NCBI GenBank assembly: GCA_024639905.1
Contig: JAHEGE010000008.1
Coordinates: forward strand, 12,023-76,022
Length of the DNA stretch: 64,000 nt
From: Gammaproteobacteria bacterium
GTDB lineage: Bacteria; Pseudomonadota; Gammaproteobacteria; Pseudomonadales; Pseudohongiellaceae
Reading direction: 5' to 3'
Both the position numbers and the translations under genes were made by a program. Shown here one piece after another: positions 19,366 through 29,035 of this stretch. The notes beneath the pieces are model-generated. The model searched no databases and was not told the DNA's origin. It saw nothing but the letters and a program-made list of their open reading frames with translations. The first letter of the stretch is position 1, and the number at the start of each line of letters is the position of its first letter.

Positions 19366-20182
19366 AGAACGCCGGCGCCATGTTCAATGTGTCGGCGAGC
19401 TCCTGATTGTGCTCAATCCAAAACGCCGCGCCGGTGTCACGCACCAGCGCTTCAATCTTGTCCATCGACTCGAAGGTTTGCGGGATGTCGGAATTAAACA
19501 TCGGCGCGCGCCGCAGCTCCCGGCTTACCTCGAAATGATAGAGATCGCCGGAGAGCACGAGTGGGCCAAAGTTTTCTAGCTCGAGGTACAAGACCTGATG
19601 TCCCGGCGTGTGCCCCGGCGCGGAGATGATTTGCACAGAGCCATCGCCGAACACATCGTGGTCGCCGTTCAACGTTACTCGAGTCAGGTTGGGGAGGTTG
19701 GAATAAAGCGGCGCTTGGAAGGCAACATTGTCTTCGGGATGATCGAAGGCGGCAGTGGCTTCGCTGTCTTGAATAAGTAGCGTCGCCTCGGAGAAAGCAT
19801 TCGCCGCCCCAACATGGTCGTAGTGCATATGCGAGAACGCAACGAAGTCGATATCGCTCGGTGTGATCGATAATGCGGCGAGTTGGTCGATGATCGAGAC
19901 TTCGTAACGGGTGGTGCCGTCATTACTGCCGACACTGGTCAGCGGCAGGCCGGCATCCCATATCATCAGGTGCTCGTCGTGCTTTACGAGATAGCAGGGG
20001 ACGAACAGTTCACGGACCGTTGTTTCTTCATTGCTAATGCCAAACGGCGCCACATTGGCTACGGAGAGATGGCCGCAGTCGAAGACTGTAAGGGAAACTT
20101 CCGCGCGCAAAGCAGAAGAAACGAGTGACGCGCCGATCAGGCCCGCGGCTAACATTAGGCCACCAATTCGCTTCTTCGCCAT
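19358..20182 (-). CDS. Exported MBL-fold hydrolase, N-acyl-homoserine-lactonase-like
   Basis: Signal peptide MAKKRIGGLMLAAGLIGASLVSSALRA, FSHMHYDHVGA (HxHxDH) and APGHTPGH. The internal ATG at 20182 is preferred over 20206. Confidence 0.75.
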   Translation of the reverse strand: MAKKRIGGLMLAAGLIGASLVSSALRAEVSLTVFDCGHLSVANVAPFGISNEETTVRELFVPCYLVKHDEHLMIWDAGLPLTSVGSNDGTTRYEVSIIDQLAALSITPSDIDFVAFSHMHYDHVGAANAFSEATLLIQDSEATAAFDHPEDNVAFQAPLYSNLPNLTRVTLNGDHDVFGDGSVQIISAPGHTPGHQVLYLELENFGPLVLSGDLYHFEVSRELRRAPMFNSDIPQTFESMDKIEALVRDTGAAFWIEHNQELADTLNMAPAFYD

Positions 20183-20195
20183 TCCGTGGAGTTGA

Positions 20196-20477
20196 CTAAT
20201 TATCACTAAAACCTACCCCCGAGCTCAGCACACCAAGCTGTTCTGCTTGCGCTGCAGTACCGTACATAGCCAACACCGTTGCACAGCGACGACGTCGAAC
20301 ACGACTAGTCGTGGTCGTGTCTTCAGAACAGACGATCATCTGCTCAATATTGCGCCCTTGGTTATACGCAGCCAACTCGGCTTCGGTCATTTTTTCAAAA
20401 TTTGGCATCCCATCATCAACAACACACGACGCTAGAACGAGCAAAGTGGCGAGCATTCCGATTGTCTTCATTTTCAT
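20196..20477 (-). CDS. Small putative lipoprotein (93 aa)
   Basis: MKMKTIGMLATLLVLASC lipobox. The internal start is preferred over the track start at 20603. Confidence 0.5.
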   Translation of the reverse strand: MKMKTIGMLATLLVLASCVVDDGMPNFEKMTEAELAAYNQGRNIEQMIVCSEDTTTTSRVRRRRCATVLAMYGTAAQAEQLGVLSSGVGFSDN

Positions 20478-20508
20478 CAATTCCGATTTGTAGGTGAGTA
20501 AAAGGTAA

Positions 20509-21738
<1,230 letters not shown>

Positions 21739-21749
21739 GACAAAGACTG

Positions 21750-22940
21750 CTAGAAGCTCTCGTCCCAGTTGAGCGCGTTGTACTTTTCTAAGATCTCGCG
21801 CACCGCGTCAATCGGCACCGCTTTGAGCTCACCGCGCGAGCTGCTCACTGTGGTGGCCTTGAGTATCGCGTTGTAAACCGCCTCGACCGTTGCCTCGGCA
21901 GTAGCTGCGAATAACGGCGAGAGCGCGTCGTTAACTAGTACGGTCGTGGCGACCGGCTCGCTACTGAAGCGCGGTTTGCGCACGGTGGGATTGGTTGAGA
22001 AGGCGATCACGTAGTCGCCGGAGCCATTGCTCGCATAAGATCCCGTGCGGCCCAAGCCGAGCATGGCGCGCATACTCAGGCGCGAAAGCCCCAGCTCGCT
22101 GAGTGGCGCATCGGTAGCCACTACAACCATGATCGAACCGTCTTCCCTGTCTGCGTTCTGCGGCAGCGTCGCGTCTTTAAACGCGTAGGTGCCGAGCTCG
22201 CGCCCAACCGGCGCGCCGTTAATGCTCATGATGCCGCCGTAGTTGGTCTGCACCAGCACGCCCACGGTGTAGCCGCCCAGAGACTCAGGCAAGACACGCG
22301 AACTCGTCCCGATGCCACCCTTCCAGCCGAACGCCTGCGTGCCAGTGCCGGCGCCCACGCTGCCCTCTTCAACCTCGCCCCCGCGTGCCTTGGCGAGCGC
22401 AGCAAACACTTCGTCGCGCTGTATCGGGTCGGCCCACATATTATTCACCCGCGCGTCGTTGGTCTCACCGACGATCGGGTTGACCGTGTGCTCGCCCATG
22501 CCGGGCTGGGTATATACCCATTCTTTGAGCGCGTTCGCCGCACTCCACACACACAGCGTGCAGGTGAGCAAAATAGGCGTTTCGATCTCGCCGAACTCGC
22601 GCACCTGGGTCTCGCCGATGAGTTTGCCATACCCGTTGCCGACGTGAATCCATGCCGGAATCGGATGCGTGTAGAGGTTGCCGGGCGCGGGAATCACCGC
22701 GGTGACGCCGCTACGAATATCGTCGCCGCGAATCACAGTAGTGTGCCCCACCTTGACCTCGCCAACGTCGGTGATGGCGTTGTTGGTGCCCGGCTCGAAG
22801 ATACCGACCACCAGACCGATGTCGCGAGCGCGCGGACGCGCCTCCTGCGCGCTAAGCGTGCCCGCCGCTAAAAGCGCAGCAGTAACAAAAGAAGCCGTGA
22901 CTACGACGCGCCGAGAAACAGAGAAAGCGGACATAAACAA
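21750..22940 (-). CDS. Exported DmpA/P1-family (S58) aminopeptidase
   Basis: Signal peptide, GHTTVIRGDDIRSGVTAVIP, GSVGAGTGT, WKGGIGTSS, typical of the L-aminopeptidase/D-esterase DmpA family. Confidence 0.8.
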   Translation of the reverse strand: MFMSAFSVSRRVVVTASFVTAALLAAGTLSAQEARPRARDIGLVVGIFEPGTNNAITDVGEVKVGHTTVIRGDDIRSGVTAVIPAPGNLYTHPIPAWIHVGNGYGKLIGETQVREFGEIETPILLTCTLCVWSAANALKEWVYTQPGMGEHTVNPIVGETNDARVNNMWADPIQRDEVFAALAKARGGEVEEGSVGAGTGTQAFGWKGGIGTSSRVLPESLGGYTVGVLVQTNYGGIMSINGAPVGRELGTYAFKDATLPQNADREDGSIMVVVATDAPLSELGLSRLSMRAMLGLGRTGSYASNGSGDYVIAFSTNPTVRKPRFSSEPVATTVLVNDALSPLFAATAEATVEAVYNAILKATTVSSSRGELKAVPIDAVREILEKYNALNWDESF

Positions 22941-22943
22941 CGC

Positions 22944-24158
22944 CTACCTCACGCCGTATTTGGTAAACGCCCCGCCTGCCTGACTGAGTGAGTTCGGCCC
23001 TTCTGCCGCGTAAACGTTACCGTCGGCATCCACCGCTACGCCCTCACCTGCCGTGCCTTGATACAGGCGATCTTCGCGTTCGAACGGCGGAATCATCGCC
23101 ATGGTGTGGTCGCTGTCGATATGACCAATACGTACACCGTTGCGCCACATGGGGTGGTTAAGCGGGCCGGACTCAGAATCGATCGCATACACCTTATCGT
23201 CATCAGTGATGAACAGCCCGCTGATGCGGCCGTAGGTGTAACGTGATTCTAAGTAGTTGCCGTCTTGGTCAAAAATCTCGATTCGATGATTGCCGCGATC
23301 GGCGACCCATAATCGGCCTTTCGAATCGAACTCCATAGCATGGGGCGTGCGGAACTCGCCATGTTCTAGCCCGAGCTGACCCCACTGTTTGATGAACGTG
23401 CCGTCGGGCGCGAATTTCATGATACGCGCCGTGTCTCCGCGCGCCCGGCCCTCGGCGAGTGCCTCGTTGGTAATCATGCCCTGACCATTGTGACCATCGC
23501 TGACATAGATGCTGCCGTCAGGCCCAACAATGACATCGTTGGGCTGATTGAAGTGCGCGCCGTCGGTACCGGTCTGGCCGGGCACGCCCAAGCTCATCAG
23601 CAACTCGCCAGTGGCACTAAACTTATGCACTTGATGTCCTTTCGTGCCCTCTGCGTTGCCAGCGAAGTCGGTGACCCACACGTTTCCCGCGGAATCCACG
23701 TCAATGCCGTGCGGCGTCATCATCAGCCCGCCACCGAAATTGGCGAGAATCTCGCCGGTGTTGCGGTCAAACTTAAAAATGGGGTCGACCGGATTGGTAT
23801 CGCAGTTAATGGGAACGCCAGAGCCAAAATTGCCTGCGCCACAACGCTCATAGGCGACAATGTTGCCATCCGTTGGATCGATATCGATACCCGCAGTTGA
23901 TCCCCACTCGCGTCCGGCCGGAAGATCACCCCAGTTCTGCGTCACAATGGGATTCGGATTAGGCATGTTCAAGCCCGAAATAGTGTCTCCGCTCATCGCA
24001 GTAACCGCAGCTGGCTCACCCATACTCATCTCAACTTTTACCTCCGGCGCGTCACAGGCGGTGAGCAGCAACGGCAGGCAAGCAAGAAGCGGCAGCGTGA
24101 AGGAACGCGTCATCGGGCGCAGGCGGAAGTGATTTAGTGTTGTCGTCTTGCTACTCAT
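22944..24158 (-). CDS. Lipoprotein with an NHL-repeat beta-propeller, peptidyl-alpha-hydroxyglycine amidating-lyase-like
   Basis: LLACLPLLLTAC lipobox. Repeated GxxxxPHGIDVDSAGNVWVTD / PNDVIVGPDGSIYVSD / PHAMEFDSKGRLWVADRGNHRIEIF NHL blades. The start at 24158 is chosen for its AGGAG RBS. Confidence 0.7.
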   Translation of the reverse strand: MSSKTTTLNHFRLRPMTRSFTLPLLACLPLLLTACDAPEVKVEMSMGEPAAVTAMSGDTISGLNMPNPNPIVTQNWGDLPAGREWGSTAGIDIDPTDGNIVAYERCGAGNFGSGVPINCDTNPVDPIFKFDRNTGEILANFGGGLMMTPHGIDVDSAGNVWVTDFAGNAEGTKGHQVHKFSATGELLMSLGVPGQTGTDGAHFNQPNDVIVGPDGSIYVSDGHNGQGMITNEALAEGRARGDTARIMKFAPDGTFIKQWGQLGLEHGEFRTPHAMEFDSKGRLWVADRGNHRIEIFDQDGNYLESRYTYGRISGLFITDDDKVYAIDSESGPLNHPMWRNGVRIGHIDSDHTMAMIPPFEREDRLYQGTAGEGVAVDADGNVYAAEGPNSLSQAGGAFTKYGVR

Positions 24159-24343
24159 AGTGGGGCTCCTGAATTTGCTTATTGTTTTGCAGAGTGTCTG
24201 CCTCATAGTACACCGACTGTGCTACATGTGAACCCCGCCGCGATTCCAGTTCTCGCGCAGCCGCGCTACTATCCAATCCAGAACCCCAAGCCAGAACCGA
24301 AAACCAGCCGTAAGACCTGGCCCTAGCAGGAACTCATTACCTC

Positions 24344-25498
24344 ATGTTTAGAACACTCAAGAATTCACACAACGTCGAAGACCTGCGCCTACTCGCCAAG
24401 CAGCGCCTGCCTGGGCCAATCTTTCACTACATCGACGGCGCCGCAGACGACGAGACAACTTACCGTCGCAATACGGCCGCCTACGCCGATTGTGACCTCG
24501 TGCCTAATGTACTGGCCGGCGTACAAGACGTAGACATGTCGGTTACGGTTATGGGCCAAAAACTGGCCATGCCAGTTTTCTGCTCGCCCACCGCCCTGCA
24601 GCGCCTGTTTCATCACGACGGCGAGCGTGCGGTGGCGAGAGCGGCGGAAAAATTCGGCACTATGTTCGGGGTCTCAGCCCTAGGCTCGGTGAAGCTCGCC
24701 GAGATTGGCGAGATGATATCCACACCCAAACTATTCCAATTCTATTTCCACAAAGACCGTGCTCTGAACGATGCCATGGTCGAGCGCGCCAAGGCCGCTA
24801 AATTCGATACGCTCGCACTCACTGTCGATACGATCACGGGCGGGAATCGCGAGCGTGACCTCTATACAGGATTCACCTCGCCGCCACGCCTGACACTCAA
24901 GAGCCTCGCGAGCTTCGCAGCGCATCCCAGCTGGGCACTCAACTATTTCCTACGGGAGAAATTCGAGCTTGCCGAACTCAAAGACTACGTAACCCAGGGT
25001 TCCAATATCGCGATCTCGATCGGTGACTATTTCGGCTCCATGCTAGACCAATCGATGAACTGGGACGACGCGGCGGAACTCAAACAAAAATGGGGCGGTC
25101 CGTTCTGCCTCAAGGGCATCATGAGCGTTGCCGACGCGCGCAAGGCGGTCGAGATAGGCGCCGATGCCATCATGGTGTCTAACCATGGCGGCCGTCAGCT
25201 AGATGGGTCTCGCTCCCCGTTCGACCAGATCGCCGAAATAGCCGACGCGGTGGGCGATGATATCGATATCATCTGCGACGGTGGCATCCGCCGAGGCACG
25301 CACGTTATCAAGGCGCTCGCCGCAGGCGCCAAGGCCTGCTCGGGCGGACGCATGTACCTCTACGCCCTCGCAGCCGCCGGCCAGCCGGGCGTCGAGAAGG
25401 CGTTGAGTAATATGCGCACCGAGATCGAACGCGACATGAAGCTGATGGGTGTGACGCGCATTGATCAGCTTAATCGGGAGATGCTGCGCTACCGCTAA
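24344..25498 (+). CDS. FMN-dependent alpha-hydroxy-acid oxidase/dehydrogenase (LldD-like)
   Basis: 384 aa with ...LPGPIFHYIDGAADDETTYRRN..., TVDTITGGNRERD, SNHGGRQLD, GGIRRGTHVIKALAAGA. Confidence 0.85.
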   Translation: MFRTLKNSHNVEDLRLLAKQRLPGPIFHYIDGAADDETTYRRNTAAYADCDLVPNVLAGVQDVDMSVTVMGQKLAMPVFCSPTALQRLFHHDGERAVARAAEKFGTMFGVSALGSVKLAEIGEMISTPKLFQFYFHKDRALNDAMVERAKAAKFDTLALTVDTITGGNRERDLYTGFTSPPRLTLKSLASFAAHPSWALNYFLREKFELAELKDYVTQGSNIAISIGDYFGSMLDQSMNWDDAAELKQKWGGPFCLKGIMSVADARKAVEIGADAIMVSNHGGRQLDGSRSPFDQIAEIADAVGDDIDIICDGGIRRGTHVIKALAAGAKACSGGRMYLYALAAAGQPGVEKALSNMRTEIERDMKLMGVTRIDQLNREMLRYR

Positions 25499-25630
25499 AC
25501 AATGGTTAACCGCTAGCTAAGACTGCCGGCGGTCACTCATGAGATTCGTATTTTTATACGAGGAGTCGCGAGAGCGCTGCAGCCAAAGTGCGATGAATAG
25601 AATCAGTGTCCTACTCAGCCTAGTTCCAGC

Positions 25631-25912
25631 CTAGTTCTTCTCATCACTGCTCTCCACTACCTTAGCGCTATCCACTTTCCGATCAGGTCCCAGCGTGTTG
25701 CGCACCGTACCTGCTAGCGGCTTCTCTTTTTCCATCTCGGTGATGAGATTGAATGTCGCTTTCAGGAAGGTGTAGCCCGCTGTCACGCCGAGCACGATCG
25801 AGAGGCGCATCACCCAAGGAATATGAATACCCGTGATGCGCTCGCCAATTTCGGCGATCGCGATCATTGTAATGAGGGCTACAAAGGTCGTCGTCCACAC
25901 GAACCTCACCAT
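25631..25912 (-). CDS. Small hypothetical two-TM membrane protein
   Basis: 93 aa with two hydrophobic segments and no recognisable family. Confidence 0.4.
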   Translation of the reverse strand: MVRFVWTTTFVALITMIAIAEIGERITGIHIPWVMRLSIVLGVTAGYTFLKATFNLITEMEKEKPLAGTVRNTLGPDRKVDSAKVVESSDEKN

Positions 25913-25954
25913 GGTTATTGCCTCCTTGTTGGAGCGTCGCGCGCCGCGACAACT

Positions 25955-26638
25955 CTATAGGTAATTATCCCCGACCGAGCACGCCGCGATGCGGCTCAGA
26001 TGCGCATAGGGTAATCCCGTTTCCTCATGCCATTCATTGAACTGCGCCTGAATGCGTTTTAGGTCGCGCTGGGTCGTGGGGTTGTCAGCAATGTCTAAAC
26101 CGATACTCTTCAGCAACACCACAACATCGCGCGCCGGGATAAAGCAGTCTTTACCCACGCGGCGCAGAAACCACAGGGCGCTCTGGCCGCCCAATCGTGA
26201 TCCGTTTTTCTTCAGATACAGCATCAGCCCTAGCTGATCATCTGTGGGCCACTGGGCGATGAACTTGCCGAACCCGCCGTGGCGGCGCGACTCGTCTTGC
26301 ACAAAGAAAACGTTCTCCTGCAGCGCCTTAATCTTCTGCCAATTGCGCACGACGCGGCGGTCGCTTGTGAAGGCCTCCCACTGCTCAGGAGAAAGATAGC
26401 TAAGCTTGCGCGTATCGAAACCAAGAAAAGCCTCCTCGAAACTGGGCCACTTGTTCTCAATCACTTTCCAACTGAAACCGGCCTGATTGATCGACTTAGT
26501 CATCATTGCCAAATAGCGATCGTCGCCGAGTTCAATAAGCTGTTTGTTCGTCGCGAGATTGGGTAATAACGCCTTGAGCTTCGCGGCTCCGCCCTTGCGC
26601 TGTTCTGCGCGGGCACGGATGTCGGAAAATTTATTAAT
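25955..26638 (-). CDS. DNA-3-methyladenine glycosylase I (Tag)-like protein; start codon unresolved
   Basis: KFSDIRARAEQRKGG...SINQAGFSWKVIENKWPSFEEAF...LGGQSALWFLRRVG resembles Tag-family proteins. No ATG, GTG or TTG lies near the expected N-terminus; the only candidate is ATT at 26638, which overlaps the stop of the upstream gene. Confidence 0.65.
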   Translation of the reverse strand: MNKFSDIRARAEQRKGGAAKLKALLPNLATNKQLIELGDDRYLAMMTKSINQAGFSWKVIENKWPSFEEAFLGFDTRKLSYLSPEQWEAFTSDRRVVRNWQKIKALQENVFFVQDESRRHGGFGKFIAQWPTDDQLGLMLYLKKNGSRLGGQSALWFLRRVGKDCFIPARDVVVLLKSIGLDIADNPTTQRDLKRIQAQFNEWHEETGLPYAHLSRIAACSVGDNYL

Positions 26639-26996
26639 GAGAAGCCCCCTTTGCCTCGGCAGCAGCGAGCGAGATCGGCTGGCCGTGAGGTGTATTGAGA
26701 TAAGCGGATTCCCAGCGCGACTTTCGACTGGCGAGTTCATCTCCAGCGATAAAGCCTTTGTCATTCGCCAGCGCTTCGAGCGCGGCGAGCCAGTGTTGGT
26801 AATAACTGTCGCCGAGGTCGGCATCGCCAGCCTTTTGCGCGCGCGTAATCGCCTTCGCGAGGCACTCTGCCCACTCGCTCCACTCAAACAGCCCGTGCTG
26901 ATGCAGAGCCAACACCAGACCAAACGCCTGCGCTTCCCAAGGCTCTTTGAAGACAGGGCCGTCTGTGTCGGTTGGTTGTAATAAGAATTCAGGCAT
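26634..26996 (-). CDS. Nitrile hydratase accessory (activator) protein
   Basis: 120 aa, ...PVFKEPWEAQAFGLVLALHQHGLFEWSEWAECL..., beta-subunit-like N-terminus typical of P14K/NhlE-type activators. 8-nt overlap with nthB. Confidence 0.8.
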   Translation of the reverse strand: MPEFLLQPTDTDGPVFKEPWEAQAFGLVLALHQHGLFEWSEWAECLAKAITRAQKAGDADLGDSYYQHWLAALEALANDKGFIAGDELASRKSRWESAYLNTPHGQPISLAAAEAKGASH

Positions 26997-27693
26997 AGCT
27001 TAGATAAGGCTCCCAGAGGTCGACAAAGACGCTGTCGCCAGGTTGGCTGACCGCACCGAAAAGCTCGACACTCGAAAATTCAACGGTGTAAAGCGGCTCG
27101 CCTACGGTGTCCGCGCCGCTCGTGCGATGCGCGTTGGCGTCGGGAAAAATGTGCACGCCGTTGTAAGCTGTAATCACACCACTCGCACCGTGCGTGTACT
27201 GAGGCGCGCGAGTATGCCCCGCCTGCGTCATCGGCAGTACGCGCACGCGCTCACCTAAGGAAAACCGGGGTACTGCATCAGTCTCCATTGCCGTCGGCCC
27301 GCCACGGCGGAGCGCTGCAGCGGCTTGCGCAGGAGTGCGGGCGGACAACCCCTCGGCGAGTTCGACCTTCGCTTGCGCGGGCATCGCTAGGGTTTCAGCC
27401 TTGGGTAACGCAGCGATTTCGTGAGGCGCAACGAGCCCCTTCTGAGCGAGCAATGTTTGCAGGCCAACCATCCACGTTTCGTAATAGCTATTGGAGAGAT
27501 ACCGATTTGGCTCTTGGTTCTCACGCGCGTGGCGCGACTCGTCGATGTTCCATTGACCAAGCATACCCGTGGCCAATGTGAGGGCAAACGCACGACGCTC
27601 CCACTCATTGTGAAAAAGAACTTCGCTAGATTCGGTGGTCACTGCAACAGAGCTAAAGCCCGCTTTCCCGCCTAGATCATGCGCGCCGATCAT
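26989..27693 (-). CDS. nthB: Nitrile hydratase beta subunit
   Basis: [13 protein letters not shown]..., [12 protein letters not shown]..., and C-terminal PLYTVEF...[12 protein letters not shown]-type 4-nt overlap with nthA. Confidence 0.9.
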   Translation of the reverse strand: MIGAHDLGGKAGFSSVAVTTESSEVLFHNEWERRAFALTLATGMLGQWNIDESRHARENQEPNRYLSNSYYETWMVGLQTLLAQKGLVAPHEIAALPKAETLAMPAQAKVELAEGLSARTPAQAAAALRRGGPTAMETDAVPRFSLGERVRVLPMTQAGHTRAPQYTHGASGVITAYNGVHIFPDANAHRTSGADTVGEPLYTVEFSSVELFGAVSQPGDSVFVDLWEPYLSYA

Positions 27694-28328
27694 GCACTAC
27701 TCTCCACCGGAGGAGCGCTGGCGGGTTCGACGCCGATCATCGAGTTGCGGCTTACGAGTTCCGCAAGCTGATCCTCGCTCCAGCCTTGTGTGCCAGCAGG
27801 ACGTGACGGCAGCACGAGATACCGCAACTCGGCGGTCGAATCCCAAACCCTCACCGAGGTATCGACAGGAAGCTCAGTGCCGAATTCGGCCAGCACCGCA
27901 CGCGGCTCGCTCACCGCCCGCGCACGATAAGGAGCGGACTTATACCAGCTTGGAGGTAAGCCAAGTACCGTCCACGGGTAGCAGGAGCACAGAGTGCAGA
28001 CAACGAGATTATGCGTTGTCGCGGTATTCTCGACGACTTTTAAGTGCTCTCCCTGACGCCCTTCGAAGCCGAGGCTCGCGACAGCGGCGGTGGCGTCACG
28101 CAGCAACCATTGGCGAAACTCTGCATCGACCCACGCCTTAGCAACCACCTGTGCGCCATTACGTGGACCCACGCGGTGTTCGTAGGTATCGATAAGCGCA
28201 TCTAATGTGGTTGGATCGACGAGGCCTTTCTCTACCAGTAGGCTCTCAAGAGCCTTCACTCTGAGCTCTAAATCTGAGGGCGGGTGCGTGTGCTCTTCAT
28301 CGTGGTCGTGGTCGTGGTCGTGAGCCAT
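27690..28328 (-). CDS. nthA: Nitrile hydratase alpha subunit, cobalt type
   Basis: The metal-binding claw [10 protein letters not shown] (CTLCSC encoded at 27981-27998) has Thr and Tyr variants, as in Co-type enzymes. The N-terminus is [16 protein letters not shown]. Confidence 0.93.
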   Translation of the reverse strand: MAHDHDHDHDEEHTHPPSDLELRVKALESLLVEKGLVDPTTLDALIDTYEHRVGPRNGAQVVAKAWVDAEFRQWLLRDATAAVASLGFEGRQGEHLKVVENTATTHNLVVCTLCSCYPWTVLGLPPSWYKSAPYRARAVSEPRAVLAEFGTELPVDTSVRVWDSTAELRYLVLPSRPAGTQGWSEDQLAELVSRNSMIGVEPASAPPVESSA

Positions 28329-28358
28329 CCGGGTCTCCCAGTGATTGACGCTCGGAGC

Positions 28359-29033
28359 TTAGCGAGCCTGCTGCGCGGGTTCTTGAATAAAGTCGAGCGC
28401 GGCGTTGCGGTAACTGGCGTCGCCAACGCTCGCAGCGACCGCCTCCATCGTCTTGAAGGGCGCGTCTATAAGGAATCTGTTTAGCATCCATGCCGGCAGG
28501 CTGGCGCCGGGATCGATATGCCCCTCACTCACCACTTCGACGCGTCCATCGCCGAGTGGCGTAAACACCCACCCAGAATCGACGCTCGGCAGCCTAACGC
28601 GGCGAGGATTTTCCGGCAACACGCCGTTCACATTGCGCACCTGGATAGTCACCGCGAGAGTATTCGGGTCCTGCTGTGTGACGAAGTTGAGCACCACATC
28701 GCGGTCTTTGACTGGAAACGGCATGTCGTTATGACGATAGACGAGTTGTTCGCTGGCGGCAATTCGCTCAACCACATAGGCCTCTGCGCAGCGCGACTCG
28801 AGTAAAGCGCAGGCGTCGGGGTCGTTAATCAGCGCTACAAGCGCGGCGAGACCCACCCCCTCTAACTCCATCTCCGTGCGCACCGCCTCGAAAGACGAAC
28901 CCGGCTGCTCACGCGTATAAACGCGGATGCCGTTATCGTCCTTGCGCAGAATCCAGCTTGGCGCGTCTTCGCTGCCAAACGCCAAAGACGTTAGCAACGA
29001 GAGGCACACAAGCATCGCGAGTCGGTGCTGCAT
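28359..29033 (-). CDS. Exported START/SRPBCC-like lipid-binding domain protein
   Basis: Signal peptide MQHRLAMLVCLSLLTSLAFG. The domain call is from general resemblance only. The internal ATG at 29033 is preferred. Confidence 0.55.
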   Translation of the reverse strand: MQHRLAMLVCLSLLTSLAFGSEDAPSWILRKDDNGIRVYTREQPGSSFEAVRTEMELEGVGLAALVALINDPDACALLESRCAEAYVVERIAASEQLVYRHNDMPFPVKDRDVVLNFVTQQDPNTLAVTIQVRNVNGVLPENPRRVRLPSVDSGWVFTPLGDGRVEVVSEGHIDPGASLPAWMLNRFLIDAPFKTMEAVAASVGDASYRNAALDFIQEPAQQAR

Positions 29034-29035
29034 GG

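Noticed and set aside
24270-24310. Direct repeats CCAGAACC ... CCAGAACC ... CCAGCC upstream of the hydroxy-acid oxidase gene.
   Set aside because: The repeats are short and of low complexity, with no associated regulator or palindromic structure. They are likely chance.
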